Source: Callorhinchus milii
Taxonomy: Eukaryota
NCBI RefSeq assembly: GCF_018977255.1
Contig: NW_024704743.1
Location: 85,996,001 to 86,060,000 of the forward strand
Reading direction: 5' to 3'
Length of the DNA stretch: 64,000 nt
The position numbers and the translations under genes were made by a program. Below are positions 23,817 through 36,785 of this stretch, one piece after another; the first letter of the stretch is position 1, and each line of letters begins with the position of its first letter. Below the pieces are notes generated by a model, which saw only the letters and a list, made by a program, of their open reading frames with translations, made no database searches and was not told the DNA's origin.

Positions 23817-25169
23817 TATATTCCGCCTTAGAACCCATCTGTATTCTTTTGGATGGCTTAACTTATTATCAACTGTAAATTAATATACAGTGTGTCAGAA
23901 AAATTGTATTTTTAAAGCTTGGCAGTGAATCAGTGGTGTAAAAATGTGAATAAAACACGACAAGACTGCAGCTGCAATTCTCTCTTGTTTTTATTCACAT
24001 TTAGCTATAATTACAGGTGTGTATGCTATAGTGTTATAAAGTATTGTAGGAGGTTACAGAGTTTTACAGATGAAGCAATCGATGCCAGCCATTACTAATT
24101 AAGCAATCAATTTTATTGGACCCAATTCCAGCAGATCATGTAAACCACGTTTGGAGGGCACCATGTAAAGGATATTGGCTCGCCACCTGCTCCTCTACAA
24201 ACCCCCACTATGGGCATCGGCCATCTCTTAGAACCCTTCAGGCTCCCATCAAGGATTATTCATAGGTTTCTCTTGTGTAGGGGATCCTGGATTATCCTGT
24301 TCGGAGAATGATGCCTCCTGGTTTTAGACACCTCTACTCCAAGGTGCAAGACTGGGAATTCAATGGCAGTAGAGTGATGCCCTTTTCCAACCCCTACCCC
24401 ACACTCATAGATGAGCCACTTGCAATCTCGGGTGACCTTTCTCCCCCACAAGTGTATTGCAGAATCGAAATACCAAAAAAAAAGTAATAATGGAAGTTTT
24501 GTTTTACATATATCAGGGTGAAAAATATGATACTTTCTAACAGAAATGAAAGAATAATTATCGCAATAATTATCACATAAATCATTGCATTTAACCCGTT
24601 CATTAATTTCACATTGAATTTGGGTGTTACATGAAATCCACAATGGGCCCTGTGCAGGTTGGTTAGTGCTGTATAATATGAGTCTTCAAGAGGTCTGAAA
24701 ACAATAAAAAGAAGAAACAACACCTTGAGCAGCCAAAGCACTCAACACAACCACAGGAAAAATAAAAAGTTAGATGAGGAGACACAGAGGGAAGCTCAGA
24801 CAGTTTCTACCAACCCACAAACTTGAGACATCAGGTAGCAACCAGCAACACAGAGCCCAAGCTTCAATTAATTGCATTGAGGCCTAGGATTAACAGTATG
24901 CAAGCTGTCTGGTGATAATGATCTCAGAATGTTGGCTCAGTCATCAATCTGGTGATTACAGCAATCTGTCATCTGTTATTTTCTTCCACACAGGACAGTG
25001 ATGTTTTCAGTCACTGGAAAACAGACACATCAAGAAAACAGACACATTTCTCTGCCAGAAGTTGGTAATACCAATTCAAACCTGCAAATAGCAATTGCTG
25101 CTAGTTAAGGAAGTGTACCACAGCAAATCATTGGGATCAATCCGGAAATAGATCATTTAGGAATGGGGT

Positions 25170-25340
25170 TTCATTTTGTCCCATGGCATACGTTTGGTGA
25201 AATGCTAAAACCCCATAGCATGCCATTGATAGCACTATCTGGCAAGCTTAACTGGTGGTTGACCAGCTAGGACCATCCTACCCATTAGGGCTTTGGCTTT
25301 CAGTGTTAACAGGAGCTGAGTGGGAGGAGTCACTGCCCCC
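25170..25340 (-). repeat. Partial copy of the unclassified repeat family (see 7152)
   Basis: Contains the block ccagctaggaccatcctacccattagggctttggct...ttaacaggag. Confidence 0.65.
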
Positions 25341-27274
25341 AATGACTGGTCTGTACTTTCTTGTCTTGTCCATGAGCCAAGCTGGCTGGACTGTCATAAA
25401 CAGTGCCCTGGAATACTGTGGACCCAAATAGCTCAGGAAATGGACGACTAAGACCGCCACTGATGTATTATTTTCAGAACCAAAATAGCACAATTGTCAG
25501 CTATGTGCAGAATTATATTGAAGATGGCTTGTCCCTGATTATTAGCAAAATTACATTTTAACTACTCAAAAAAGAAGAAATGGGGTTAATTTCATAGACT
25601 TTTTTAAATGGAATTTCTTATAACCATAAAAAAAATTACAAGAGAAAGTGATTTGGTCCATTGTGTCTGTGCTGACTCTTTAAAGTAGCAATCCAATCAA
25701 CCCCATTTACCTGTCTTTTCCCCCAAACTCATGCAGTTTAATAATGGTTAATTTAAGTTAAGCATCACCTGTTTGAGTTGAGCAGTATTCATGAAAACTT
25801 CTTCCAACAACCAGAAGTATATTTTGCTGATCATACCAACCCCTGAGCATACCCCTCTGAAAATTGATCCAGGTGGAGTGTTCCCATGATTCCACAACAT
25901 ATACTTCTGGCTTTCTTATTTAGGAAATCCCTTTAGAAATACTGCAAAGCTGTCCCAATTATCTTCTGCAATTAAACTCCAGGAGAACATACCACTGATC
26001 AATCGTCTTATCAGGCAATGAACTGGAGCATCAGGTATCAATCAATGCTTAAATATGTATAAAACTCAGGCTGGTTATTTTGGCAACACAACCAAGTCAA
26101 TGTGTTTCTCAATAGAATCATTTTTTGAAAATATCTTTGGAGATGTTTTTCTTGTAGATTCCCAGTAATCCAAGGGTTGCGTACTCATTATGGTGCAAAA
26201 TGAGTACGTCCAGTAATTCCACCTAAAGCTGGATTGGAACTCAACTCAATTGCATAAGATGGCAATGTACACTCGACACAAAGTGGCTTGCCCACGGAAA
26301 CATTTTCAAATCAGGTATTGCTCTCCTATTCTGTGGACAGAACCTGCGTATAAACTATTGAAAATGCTGACCCCATCTGTTTAATCGTCCTCACAAAATG
26401 TAACATTTGAGTGGCTTACCAATTTGAATCTCCTCCTGAGGTTTACAGGGGGCTGCTGGCTGCTGCAATTTTTTGGCACAATCTTGCAGACTGCATAAAA
26501 GCGTGGCTAATGTTGAATGTTCTGTGCTTTTCTGTGATGTGTTGATATTTCCACATGCTCACCATGCCACTTTTTTTGGCAGTTTCTTCTGCTCTACTCA
26601 CGCATTGTCTTGATTTATGAATCTAATGTGGTTCAAAAGATGGCTTCAAACATCAAAGATCCAATGAAATACAATATAGGCCAGATTGTTATCTCTGTGT
26701 AAAGCAAAATATTATTCCCAGTGAAATTCTTTCTTCCTTCCTACTGATGCGGTTGAGTGTAAAGCCTAGGAATGTACTTAAGTGTGCTCTGCCATTGGTG
26801 TTATGTAAAGTGAAAGCAAAGAGCATAATGGCAGCGATTCTCAATGGTTCGAAAGGATTATTAGTGAAAATAAGAAGGCAGTACAAAAGATGGTTGCAGA
26901 CAGAAGCAAATGGGAGAGCCATTTTTTTAAACTAGGTTACTGCTAGATGATATGATAAAGAGGTCTCTCCAGGGATAAGTTGCCTGGTTCACTCTCACTT
27001 CTTAGTGAGAAGGTTGTGGGTTCAAGCCACACATCGGGACATGGAACCGTATGAAGCCACAGATACTGACACTCCAATGAACACAGCCAAAATCTTCAAA
27101 GAATGCTCAAGGGTATGTTAATTACCGACTATGCAAAGTATAAAAAAAGGATTTTCCAAGAATTACAGTAGACATACCATGCCAAAGTAGAAATTTGAGT
27201 CTTGACTCTGACATCGGTAAATCGTCATTATTCAGTATTTTCTGAGAAATACCTACCTATTACCTACTAATATG

Positions 27275-27640
27275 TCAGTTTGGCTCAGTTGGTAGTATTC
27301 TTGTTTCTGCGTCAAAATGTTATGTATTCAAGACCCACGTCAGGACTTGAAACTCATATGGTCTAAACTGTCACTCCAATACAGTGCTGTGGATGTCCTG
27401 CACTGTTGGACATGCTGTCCTTCAGATGAAATATTAACCACGGTTCTGTTTGCCTGTTCAGTTGGATGATAAAAATCCTATGGAACTCCAGTGTTCAAAA
27501 AGAAAAGAGTTTCTCCTGTGGTACTGGCCGACATTTCACAATTCCCCAAATAAAATAGCCCATCATCCTCATGGATGTTTGTGGGACATTGCTGTGTGCA
27601 AACTGGCTATAGTTTCACCCAAAAATACAGTTACTACAGG
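27275..27640 (+). mobile_element. Old DeuSINE-like element, near full length
   Basis: A box TGGCTCAGTTGG; Deu-like centre (gctgtccttcagatgaaatattaacc...aaaaatcctatgg); gtttgtgggacattgctgtgtgcaaactggct. Confidence 0.78.
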
Positions 27641-27691
27641 AATCAGAGAGTAGAGGAAATGGTAGGAAATTAAAAATGTTATATCTGAATA

Positions 27692-28915
27692 CGTGAAGCA
27701 GTGGATGTGATCTATTTGGACTTCCAGAAGGCATTCGATAAGGTGCTGCATAAAAGGTTAGTCCAAAAGATACGGGCCCATGGAATTGGGGGGGAGCATA
27801 TTAACGTGGATTGGGGAATGGTTAACAGGTAGGAAACAAAGAATAGGGATAAACGGGTCCTTTTCAGATTGGTGGGATGTGACTAGTGGAGTGCCACAAG
27901 CATCAGTCCTTGGGCCTCAGCTATTTACCATCTACACCAAAGATCTAGATGAGGACATCGAAGTTAATATATCTAAATTCGCGGATGACACAAAATTAGG
28001 AGGAAGTGTCAACACAGAGGATGACATTAAAAAAATGCAGCGAGACATAGATAGGTTAGGTGATTGGGCAGGTAGGTGGCAGATGAAGCATAATGTAGGG
28101 AAGTGCGAAATCATCCACCTAGGTAGCAAAAACAGCAGAGCAAGTTATTTTTTAGAAGGGGAGAGATTGGAATGTGTTAGCGTCCAGAGGGATGTGGGTG
28201 TCCTTGTACACCAATCACAGAAAGTTAGTCTGCAGGTGCAGCAGCAATAAGGAAGGCTAATGGTATGTTAGCATTCATTATGAAAGGATTAGAGTATAAG
28301 AGTAGGGAAGTCTTGCTGCAACTGTATAGGGCGCTGGTGAGACCACACCTGGAATATTGTGTGCAGTTTTGGTCTCCTTATTTAAGGAAGGATGTACTTT
28401 CCTTGGAGGGGGTGCAGTGTAGATTTACTATGTTAGTACCAGGGATGAAGGGGATGAGTTACGAGGATAGGCTGACCAATTTGGGCCTATATTCACTAGA
28501 ATATAGAAGAATTAGAGTGGATCTTATAGAAACCTATAAGATCATCAAAGTGCATGATAGAGTAGATAGTGGGAGATTGTTTCCCCTGGTTGGAGAAACT
28601 AAAACCAGGGGTCACAACCTTAAAATCAGAGTCCAGCCCTTTCGCACTGAGTTGAGGAGGAACTTATTCACTCAAATGTTGGTGAATGTATGGAACTCAC
28701 TACCCCAAAGGACTGTTGACGCTCAGTCCTTGAACATATTCAAGACTGAGATAGATAGATTTCTTATTGCAAAAGGGATTAATGGATATGGGGATAAGGC
28801 AGGGTCAAGGTTATTAGCTGGAGTTAGATTAGAAGATCAGCCACGATTGAATGGCGGGGCAGGCTCGAAGGGCCGAATGGCCTACTCCTGCTCCTGTATG
28901 TTATGTTATGTTATG
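27692..28915 (+). mobile_element. CR1 LINE, 5'-truncated, relatively young
   Basis: YLDFQKAFDKV, SKFADDTKL, LVRPHLEYCVQFWSP, TRGH and WNSLP, followed by a (TATGT)n tail. Confidence 0.95.
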
Positions 28916-29472
28916 TCACCTCCCACTTGGATTACTCCAACGCACTCCTCTCCAGTCTTCCCAGCTCCACCATTCAAAAGATGCAGCTCATTCAAAACTC
29001 TGCTGCCCACATACTGACCCGGACCAAACTTGTACCCACATCTCACCAGTTCTGGACAGGTCACTGGCTCCCTATCACCAAACGATCGTCTTCAAAATTT
29101 TTACACTCGTGTTTAAATCACTTCAATCCCTGGCACCTCCCTACCTCTCCGACCTCCTCACTCCCCAATCCACCACCCGGTGCCTCCGCTCGACTGGCAC
29201 CGGCCTCTTGCTCATCCTGCGTACCCTCTGCCCCGTCATCGGAGGTCGCGCTTTCAGCCACTACGCCTTAAAACTCTGGAACAATCCCTCAATTCCCTCC
29301 GTCTTGNCCCCCTCTTCCCTTTTTCAAGTCCCGACTGAAAACTTTCTTCTTCGACTGTACTTACGGCCACCTCCTCTCCCCTCGGTTCAGAGTCAGGATC
29401 CACACCTGTTAAGTGCTCTCAGACATTGCCCTGCGCGGAGGGTGCTATATAAATGCAAGTTATTGTTGTTGT
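28915..29472 (+). mobile_element. L2 LINE 3' fragment
   Basis: [20 protein letters not shown] and HWLP, followed by a (GTT)n tail. Confidence 0.9.
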
Positions 29473-30044
29473 TCACAGTATAACGTGTGAAGCGCTTTGA
29501 GACATCTCAATGATATGTTAAGGCACAATATCAAATGCAAGAATTACTAATTAATAATTTAGGAAGGGAAGGTTTAGGAAGATCAAAAGTTGTGTTTTAT
29601 ATTCTTTGGATCCCAGTCCTTAACAGAACATTGACAGCAGGTTTTAACGCCCTCCGGATGCAACCCCACGTGAAGGGCACTATATAAAGTTGTTGTTGTT
29701 TTATCGTTCTATCATGAGGAGGGAGAAATATAAAGATGAATCAGAAGAAGAGGAGTGACAGGAATCTTTTGGTCATCATTTAATATTTGTCCATAAAATG
29801 TACTTTACTGGCTTTGATTGAAGTGTGTGGGTGACAATCATGTTTCTGCAGATTTAAAGAGTCAAATATAAGCTCAGTACATTACTGATGATAATCATCA
29901 CCCCCTTCCTCAAAAATTCCACCCTTGACTCCTTTCCCTGATTAGGACCGCCTTCCTCCACCTATGCCACATTGCCCGCCTCCGACCAAATGTGGAATTC
30001 TCTGGGACAAACCATAACTGAGGTAGAATCCGTAGATTCTCATA

Positions 30045-32230
30045 CAACAACAAAAACTTGGATTTATATAGCGCCCTCCGTGCCGGACGCTGTCTCAGAG
30101 CGCTTCACAGTAACGGATCCCGGGGCCAAGCCAGGGGGAGGGGTAGGAAGGTGACCAAAGGCGCGGTCGAAAAGAAAGGTCTTCAGCAGAGACCTGAAAA
30201 CAGGAAGAGAGGGGATGAGGCAAAGGGAGTGAGGAAGGGGTTCCAGAGCCTCGGGGCATAGTAGCTGAAGGCACGGCCGCCTGAAGGGCACTGTTTTGAG
30301 GAGGGAGGAGGTCAGAGAGGTAGGGGGTGCAAAGGAGTGGAGGGATTTGAAGACAAGGATGAGGATCTTGAAGTCGATCCTCTCTGGGACAGGCAGCAAG
30401 TGCAGTCTGGCAAGGACTGGGGTAATCGGGAAGCAGAGTTTGGTGCGGGTGAGAATGCAGGCACAGAGTTTTGAATAATCTGGATTTTATGGATGGTAGT
30501 GGATAGGAGGGAGTTAGAATAATCCAGCCGAGAGGTGACAAAGGCATGGACCGGAGTTCCAGCGGCTTTCGGAGAGAGGTATTGGCGGAGTCGGGCGATG
30601 CGTCGGAGGTGGAAGAAAGTGGTGCTGGTGAGGGACCAGATGTGGGGTAGGAAAGATAATTGGGGGTCGAACATGACGCCTAGATTTGCATATGGGTTCG
30701 GAGAGTTTTAGGGGTAGTTCGGGTAGGTGGAGGAGGTGAGAACTGTGAGATTTTAGACGTTGACAAGAGCCAAGGAGCATGTCTTCCGTCTTGTCAACAT
30801 TCAGCTGAAGGAAATTCACGCTCATCCAGCTCCTGATGTCATACAGGCAGGCTGACAGAACATCAGGGGACCGGGGGGTCGCAATGTGAGGTGGAAAAAT
30901 AGGGTTGGGTATCATCCGCATACATGTGGAAGTGTACCCCATGTCTGCGGATGACATCCCCATGAGGGAGCATGTAGATCAGAAAGAGGAGGGGGCCAAG
31001 GGTGGATCCTTGGGGTAACCCACAGGGAACCGGATGAGAGCGGGAGGAGAAGCCGTTTGTGCAGATGTACTGCTGGCGGTTCATGAGGTAGGACTTGAAC
31101 CAGGCGAGTGCGGTCCCACTGAGGTGGATGACGAAGGAAAGGCGGTGGAGGAGGATGGTGTGATCGACTGTGTTGAACACGGCAGAGAGGTCCAGGAGGA
31201 CAAGGAGGCAGAGGGAGCCCTGGTCACAGATAGAGAGGATGTTGTTTGTGACTTTCACAAGCGCAGTCTCTGTACTGTGGGCAGAGTGGAAACCGGACTG
31301 GAGGAGTTCGAAAGGGGAGTGGGAGGAGAGGTGTACGCGAAGCTGATTGGTAACAACGCGTTCTAGGACTTTTGCGAGGAAGGGCAAGTTAGAAATGGGG
31401 CAGTAGTAGTTCGGATTTGAGGGTTCCAGGGAAGGTTTTTTGAGGAGGGGAGTGATGCCAGCAGTTTTCAGGGGGGCAGGGACTGATCCGGAGGAGAGGG
31501 ACTGGTTGATGACATCAGCCAGTAGTGGGCAGAGGAGGCAGAGCTGGGTGACCAGCAAGTTGGTGGGGAGTGGGTCGAGGCAGCAGGTGGTGGGTTTCAT
31601 GGAGGTAATGGTGGGTGAGAGGGAGGAGGGAGAGTTGGTGAGGAAGGAATATAGAATGGGGGTGGTGGTAGGAGTAGATAATGAGGAGGCTTGAGGGGGA
31701 CAGAGAGGGCGTGGTGGTGGGTGACAAGAGGCAGTTGGATGAGGCTCCCTGGCGGATGTTATGTCTTTTAGATGAAAAGAAGTCCATGACCTCCTCGCAC
31801 TTGGCATTTGATATGAAGATTGAGGAGGCCTGAGGAGGGGGCACGGAGGAAGTAGTGGGTAGTGGAAAAAAGGATGTTAGTGTTGTGTTTAGCCTCCAAG
31901 ATGATGTTGGAGTAGAAGGCCTTTTTTGAGTGTGTCAAAGAACTACGGAAGCTGTGAAGATGCTTGAGCCACAGTTGGTGGTGAACTGTCAGGCCAGTTT
32001 TCTGCTATCCACACTCGAGCAACCGGGTTTGGGCTTTTTTGGTTGTTGTACCAAGGGGATCGGGTGGGTTTAGAGATGGATTTTAGCGGGATGAGGGAGT
32101 TGGTGGAAGAGAGGTGATCATGGAGCAGCTGGACGGATGCTTCAGGATCTCCGCAGGTGGAAGGCCAGAGGGATAGGTTATTTGATGATGTGAGGGCCTT
32201 TGTGAGGGTCTGAGGGGGTAGCCTTTTCTA
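30045..32230 (-). mobile_element. L2 LINE, the longest copy; frameshifted ORF2 with RT domain
   Basis: ORF 30863-31807 contains PISNLPFLAKVLE, QSGF..HSTETAL, LLDLSAVF, PQGS and YADD. (GTT)n tail at 30045. Confidence 0.95.
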
Positions 32231-32379
32231 AGGGCGAAAGAGAAAGAGATGAAAGAGAATTGAATTGTTCTTGAAGAGGGAGAATAATAAAGGGTATGGA
32301 GAGTGAGCAGGACAGTGGGGTTTAGATTGACTCTCTCTCTCTGGTCTGCCTATATTGTTGCAATCTCTCCCCCTCCCTT

Positions 32380-32656
32380 TGTTCTGCAGTATTAACAACT
32401 CTATTCCCCTGCTTCGTTGCAATTTCCCCCACCTTTGTTTTGCATCATTAACATCTCTTTAACCCATCATCCCCTGTCCTCTCCTTAGTCTTCCTTGCCC
32501 TGCCTTCCCCTCTCTCTGTTAGCCCTTAAAAGCTTCTCCCTCCCAACGTGCCCCAGTCCTGAGGAAGGGTCGTGGACCCGAAATGTTGACACACTTTCCT
32601 TTCTCCATAGATACTGCCTGACCTGCTGAGTGTTCCCAGCGACTTCTGTTTTTGTG
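32380..32656 (+). mobile_element. Penelope-like element terminal-repeat fragment
   Basis: A pyrimidine-rich run, then a hammerhead-like motif, then cata-gatactgcctgacctgctgagtgttcccagc...ttctgtttttg. I recognise this arrangement from shark Penelope-type repeats; it was not searched against a database. Confidence 0.6.
32556..32590 (+). ncRNA. Minimal type I hammerhead ribozyme motif, probably decayed
   Basis: GTC-CTGAGGA-A-GGGTC(GTG)GACCC-GAAA-TG-TT-GAC: both core boxes, a perfect 5-bp stem II and a 3-bp stem I. Confidence 0.65.
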
Positions 32657-33289
32657 TTCACTTTACAGTATATTTAGTGAAGAACTTTAAGATGTCTCGA
32701 AGATGCGATAAGGCGCTCTATCAAATGCAAGGATTATTATTATTATATTATTATATAATCCTTGTCTGTGATACTGTAAGTCGGAAAATGTAAAATGAAG
32801 TGATCATATTACATTACATAATGGATTTTAGCTAATCAGAACATTCACAAATATATTTGTGGAACATGCTGTTTGTGGAACATTGCTGCGTAAAAATTGG
32901 TTACTGTGTTCAACTACAAAGTTCACAGTCACTATACTTTACATTACACCCTGTGAAACGCTTTGAGATGTCCTTCTGACATGAAAGGTGCTATATCAAA
33001 TGCAAGGATAATTATTAAATTATTTTCTTCACCTTTTGACTTGAATTTATAATAATAATAATAATCCTTGCATTTGATAGAGCGCTTTTCACGTCTTCTG
33101 TTTTGAAAAACAACCTAACTTATTCCTATTCGGCAAAGGCAGATGAATCACTATTAGTTTCAACATTAACATCTATTTTGTTAGCAATAATTAAATCTGG
33201 TTCTTTATCTTTTACTTCCGCAACTAATCTGATGCAGGAGCCTATAAGAATATACAGCCCTGAGTATGTGGAGGGAGCAACTGGGTTAG

Positions 33290-33570
33290 TAGGGCTGCAT
33301 AGAAGGTCACAGACGTAGGTTGGTGCAAGACTGTGCAGGGCTTTAAAAGTGAGTAGTAGGATCTTGAACTCGATCCTCTGGCGGCTAAGGAGCCTGTGGA
33401 GCTCGCATAGGATAGGGATGACAGGCTCGCGGAGCCTGGTGTAGGATAGGACATCAGCTACAGAGTTCTGAATGGTCTGCAGCTTGTGGAGGGAAGAATT
33501 GGGAACTCCAGCAAGCAGATATTTGGCATAGTCAAGCCTTGACATGATAAAAGTACTGATAAGGGTCTCA
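33290..33570 (-). mobile_element. L2 LINE fragment
   Basis: SRLDYAKYLL, QTIQNSVA and RIEFKILLLTFKALHSLAP. Confidence 0.82.
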
Positions 33571-33882
33571 TTAATTCTATTGATGCACATCCGAGCTAAC
33601 TTTCCCCAGTTGAATGAAGGAAGATGTTCACAACCTGAGGAGGCTGAGATGCACTAGGGAGGCTGTGTTTGGGCTTATTTCACTTTCTGGAAGAAGACCC
33701 ACAATAGCAATATATTACCAAAGGAGCACTTGCAATGGCAGTGAAGAATACCTCTACTCCCCGCAACTTTACTGCCACTCACATGGGATATTGTAAGAGT
33801 TAGAGAGTTTTTTGCTTAATCTTAAATAAGGAAGATAATAGAGGTACTCTGTAGAAACGCATCTCAGCTGTGTAAAATATGG

Positions 33883-34584
33883 TAAAGTTGTGAAACCAGG
33901 GATTATTTCATGAAATCTCTGAAATTTTCAATAAAATTGGGAAACCATGAAATCACTGAAATTAGGAGTCAAGGATTTTGTGCAAAAGTGATCCCAGCAG
34001 TGAACACGGGTACAGGGGATCCCAGGAACATCCCTGGTGTCATCATTAATAGAGATTCAGACACTGACCAGTGCAAGATAACAGTGAAGGCTGGCATCCT
34101 GAGGGGTCACTATTCCAGGAACCAATTTGACCTCTGCCCATAATGATTATTAACAAATACCAGCTTCAACCAGGAGAAATCGTGTCACTCTGTGAAGCAC
34201 AGTCTGTTTGTGGTGGACAAGGCTTTACAAAGTGTAACTGGGGGTCAGAAGAAATGTCAGACCAACCATTGTAAATGCTTCAAAGCAAAGCTAAAATGTA
34301 ACTTACGGTGTTATGGAAGCCTCACTTGTGTTAACAAATGAACATTTGACTCCTCAGTGAATGAAATGACGCATGAAGTTTATGGTCAATAAAATATTAT
34401 TTTTCATAATGTGCTATTTGTTGATAAATCCAACACGTGTCAAGGTAAATTTATCAATATGATGAAATGATCACTTTTTCATGAAATCCCTGACTCCTAA
34501 TTTCAGAGATTTCATGGTTTCACAATTATATTGAAAATTTCAGGGATTTCGCGAAATTCCTGGTTTCACAACTTTAGTGTAACA
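33883..34584 (+). mobile_element. Ginger2-like DNA transposon deletion derivative
   Basis: TIRs of about 110 bp (33883-33993 and 34469-34576), with the right end running to ...TGTAACA. The interior is a disrupted transposase C-terminus: GDPRNI...KAGIL...YSRNQF...GGQGFTKC...KKCQTNHCKCFKAKLKCNLRC...TCVNK*. Confidence 0.8.
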
Positions 34585-34849
34585 TGTACATCTCAGGAGA
34601 TGTTAGCAACGAGAGTTTCAAAGGCAAAACCATTTGGGCCAAATAGCAGCTCACCATCACCTGCAATTATGCAACCATTAAACTTCCCATGGTAACCCTG
34701 GAAGCATGCCTGAACCACAAGATTTCCATTTAGTTCATTTGGAGCAGATGGTCTGGAGCAATCAGGGAAACACTTGAGGGAGGCCTAAAATTCTGACAAG
34801 TCTTAAAATGAAAGAGCAATCTTAAGATTGTGCAGAATTGTGGAAACCA

Positions 34850-35006
34850 GGACTGTTTGTGGGACACTGCTGTGCGCAATTGGCTGCCGCATTTCCCCCA
34901 CAAAATATATAGTCAATTCACTTTACAATATATTCTGTGAAGCGCTTTGAGACGTCTAGAAGTCTTGAAAAGTGCCATATCAAATGCAAGGATTATTATT
35001 ATTATT
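34850..35006 (+). mobile_element. SINE 3' half
   Basis: Body, stem-loop and ATT tail are present. Confidence 0.85.
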
Positions 35007-35434
35007 TTAACTTAAAAATTAAATTCAATGAAAAGATGGTTTTCTTCAGTTCTTAAAAATAATCAGCTTTCAAATGAAGACTGAATTTGTGAATTTTCCA
35101 CATTTCTCTGAAATGTTAAACTTTAAGAAACAATAATCTTACAAACTAAGACCAGCTGGTATATTTGGCCTTACTCATAACCTGAGGACATTTTTCTCCA
35201 TGGCAATGTCTCTGTCTATTACAACATTAATATGCCCCTGCAGATCATCTCACAAGAAGAATTTAGCTCAGTCTCAGCCTCTTTGGTCAGAATGACCCTC
35301 CTTCTCAGGCACGACTCCTTCATTTGTGGCCAGGCAGCTGAGTCTATTAATGGATTCCCATACTGCCTGAGGTTGTTCCTGATGCTTCTTTGAGTCCCTG
35401 GTGTACGTCCATGTTCCTGGATCTCCCTCTCTTA

Positions 35435-35830
35435 TAGAAACATAGAATATTACAGCACAGTGGGAGGCCATTAGGCACTTTGGAAGACCTACCCTATCTG
35501 TTCCACTCCGCTGCTCTTTGCCCATATCCTTTCAAATTTTTCATTTTCAAGTACCTATCCAATTCCCTTTGAAAGTTGTTATTGAATCTGTTTCCACCAT
35601 TCTTTAGGCAATGCTTTCCAGACCATAACAATTCTCTGTGTAAAGAAAATGTCTCCTCATCTCCCTTCTGTTTCTTTTGCCAATTATCTTGAATCTATGT
35701 CCCCTGATTATGGACCCACTTGCCAGTAGAAACAGTTTCTTCCTGTCTACTCTAACAAAACCCCTCATAATTTTGAACATTTCTATTAAATCTCCCCTTA
35801 TTTAATGTTCTCTGCTCCAAGAAGAACAAT
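35435..35830 (-). mobile_element. CR1 LINE 3' end
   Basis: Reverse-complement similarity to 20810-21190. Confidence 0.85.
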
Positions 35831-36064
35831 CCCAATCCCAATTCTTCTCTACTTCCAAAATGACTGGCAGTGGTCTCAATATCCTTGATATCCTTCTCAC
35901 TTGTAAATTGTATCACCATATAATAGTGGACATCAATCATCCCATAGAAACAGAAAGTTGATTCAACACCAGTTACTGGGGTTTGAACGACATGCTAACT
36001 CCATGACTAAAGACATCCCTGCACCCCTCCTCCCATTATCACATATATAAGTGGTGCAACATGG

Positions 36065-36785
36065 ATTACATTAGAATACATTAGAATCATTAGAATATAC
36101 AGCACAGAAACAGGTCATTCGGCCCAGCTGGTCTATGCCGGTGTTTATGCTCCACATGAGACTCCTCCTGCCCTTCCTCAACTAAGCCTTCAAGCATAAC
36201 TTTCCATTCCTTTCTCCCTCATGTACCTATCTAGCTTTCCCTTAAATACATCTATGTCATTTGCCTCAACAACTCCTTGTTCCATGTTCCACATTCCCAT
36301 TCCCACAGTGGGACATCACAAATGTCACACCAAAAACAATAATAAATTGGTCATTTCAATCTACGATTGTTTATGGGACATTGCTGTGCGCAATTGGCTG
36401 CCACGATCGCCCACAAATATACAGTCAATTCACTTTACAGTGTGTTCTGTGAAGCGCTTTGGGACATCCTCCCGACATGAAAAGCGCTATATTAAATGCA
36501 AGGATTATTATTATTATTATTATTATTACTCTCTGTGTGAAGAAATGTCTTCAAACTTCCATATTTGATCTATTTGTGATTCTTTTATGTTGGTGGCCCC
36601 TGGTTTTGGTCTCCTCCACAAGTGGAAACATCTTCCCTATGTCTACCCTATCAAAACCTTTCATAATTTTAGGACCTCTATCAGGTCACCCCTTACCCTC
36701 TTCTTTTCAAGAGAAAAGAGTCCCAGCATGTTCAGCCTTTCTTGGTAGGTATAACCTCTCAGCTCTGGGATCATCCTTGTGAATT
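36065..36785 (-). mobile_element. CR1 LINE 3' end with a nested + strand SINE 3' half (about 36330-36527)
   Basis: FTRMIPELRGYTYQERLNMLGLFSLEKKRVRGDLIEV. The CR1 sequence resumes after the SINE ATT tail. Confidence 0.88.
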
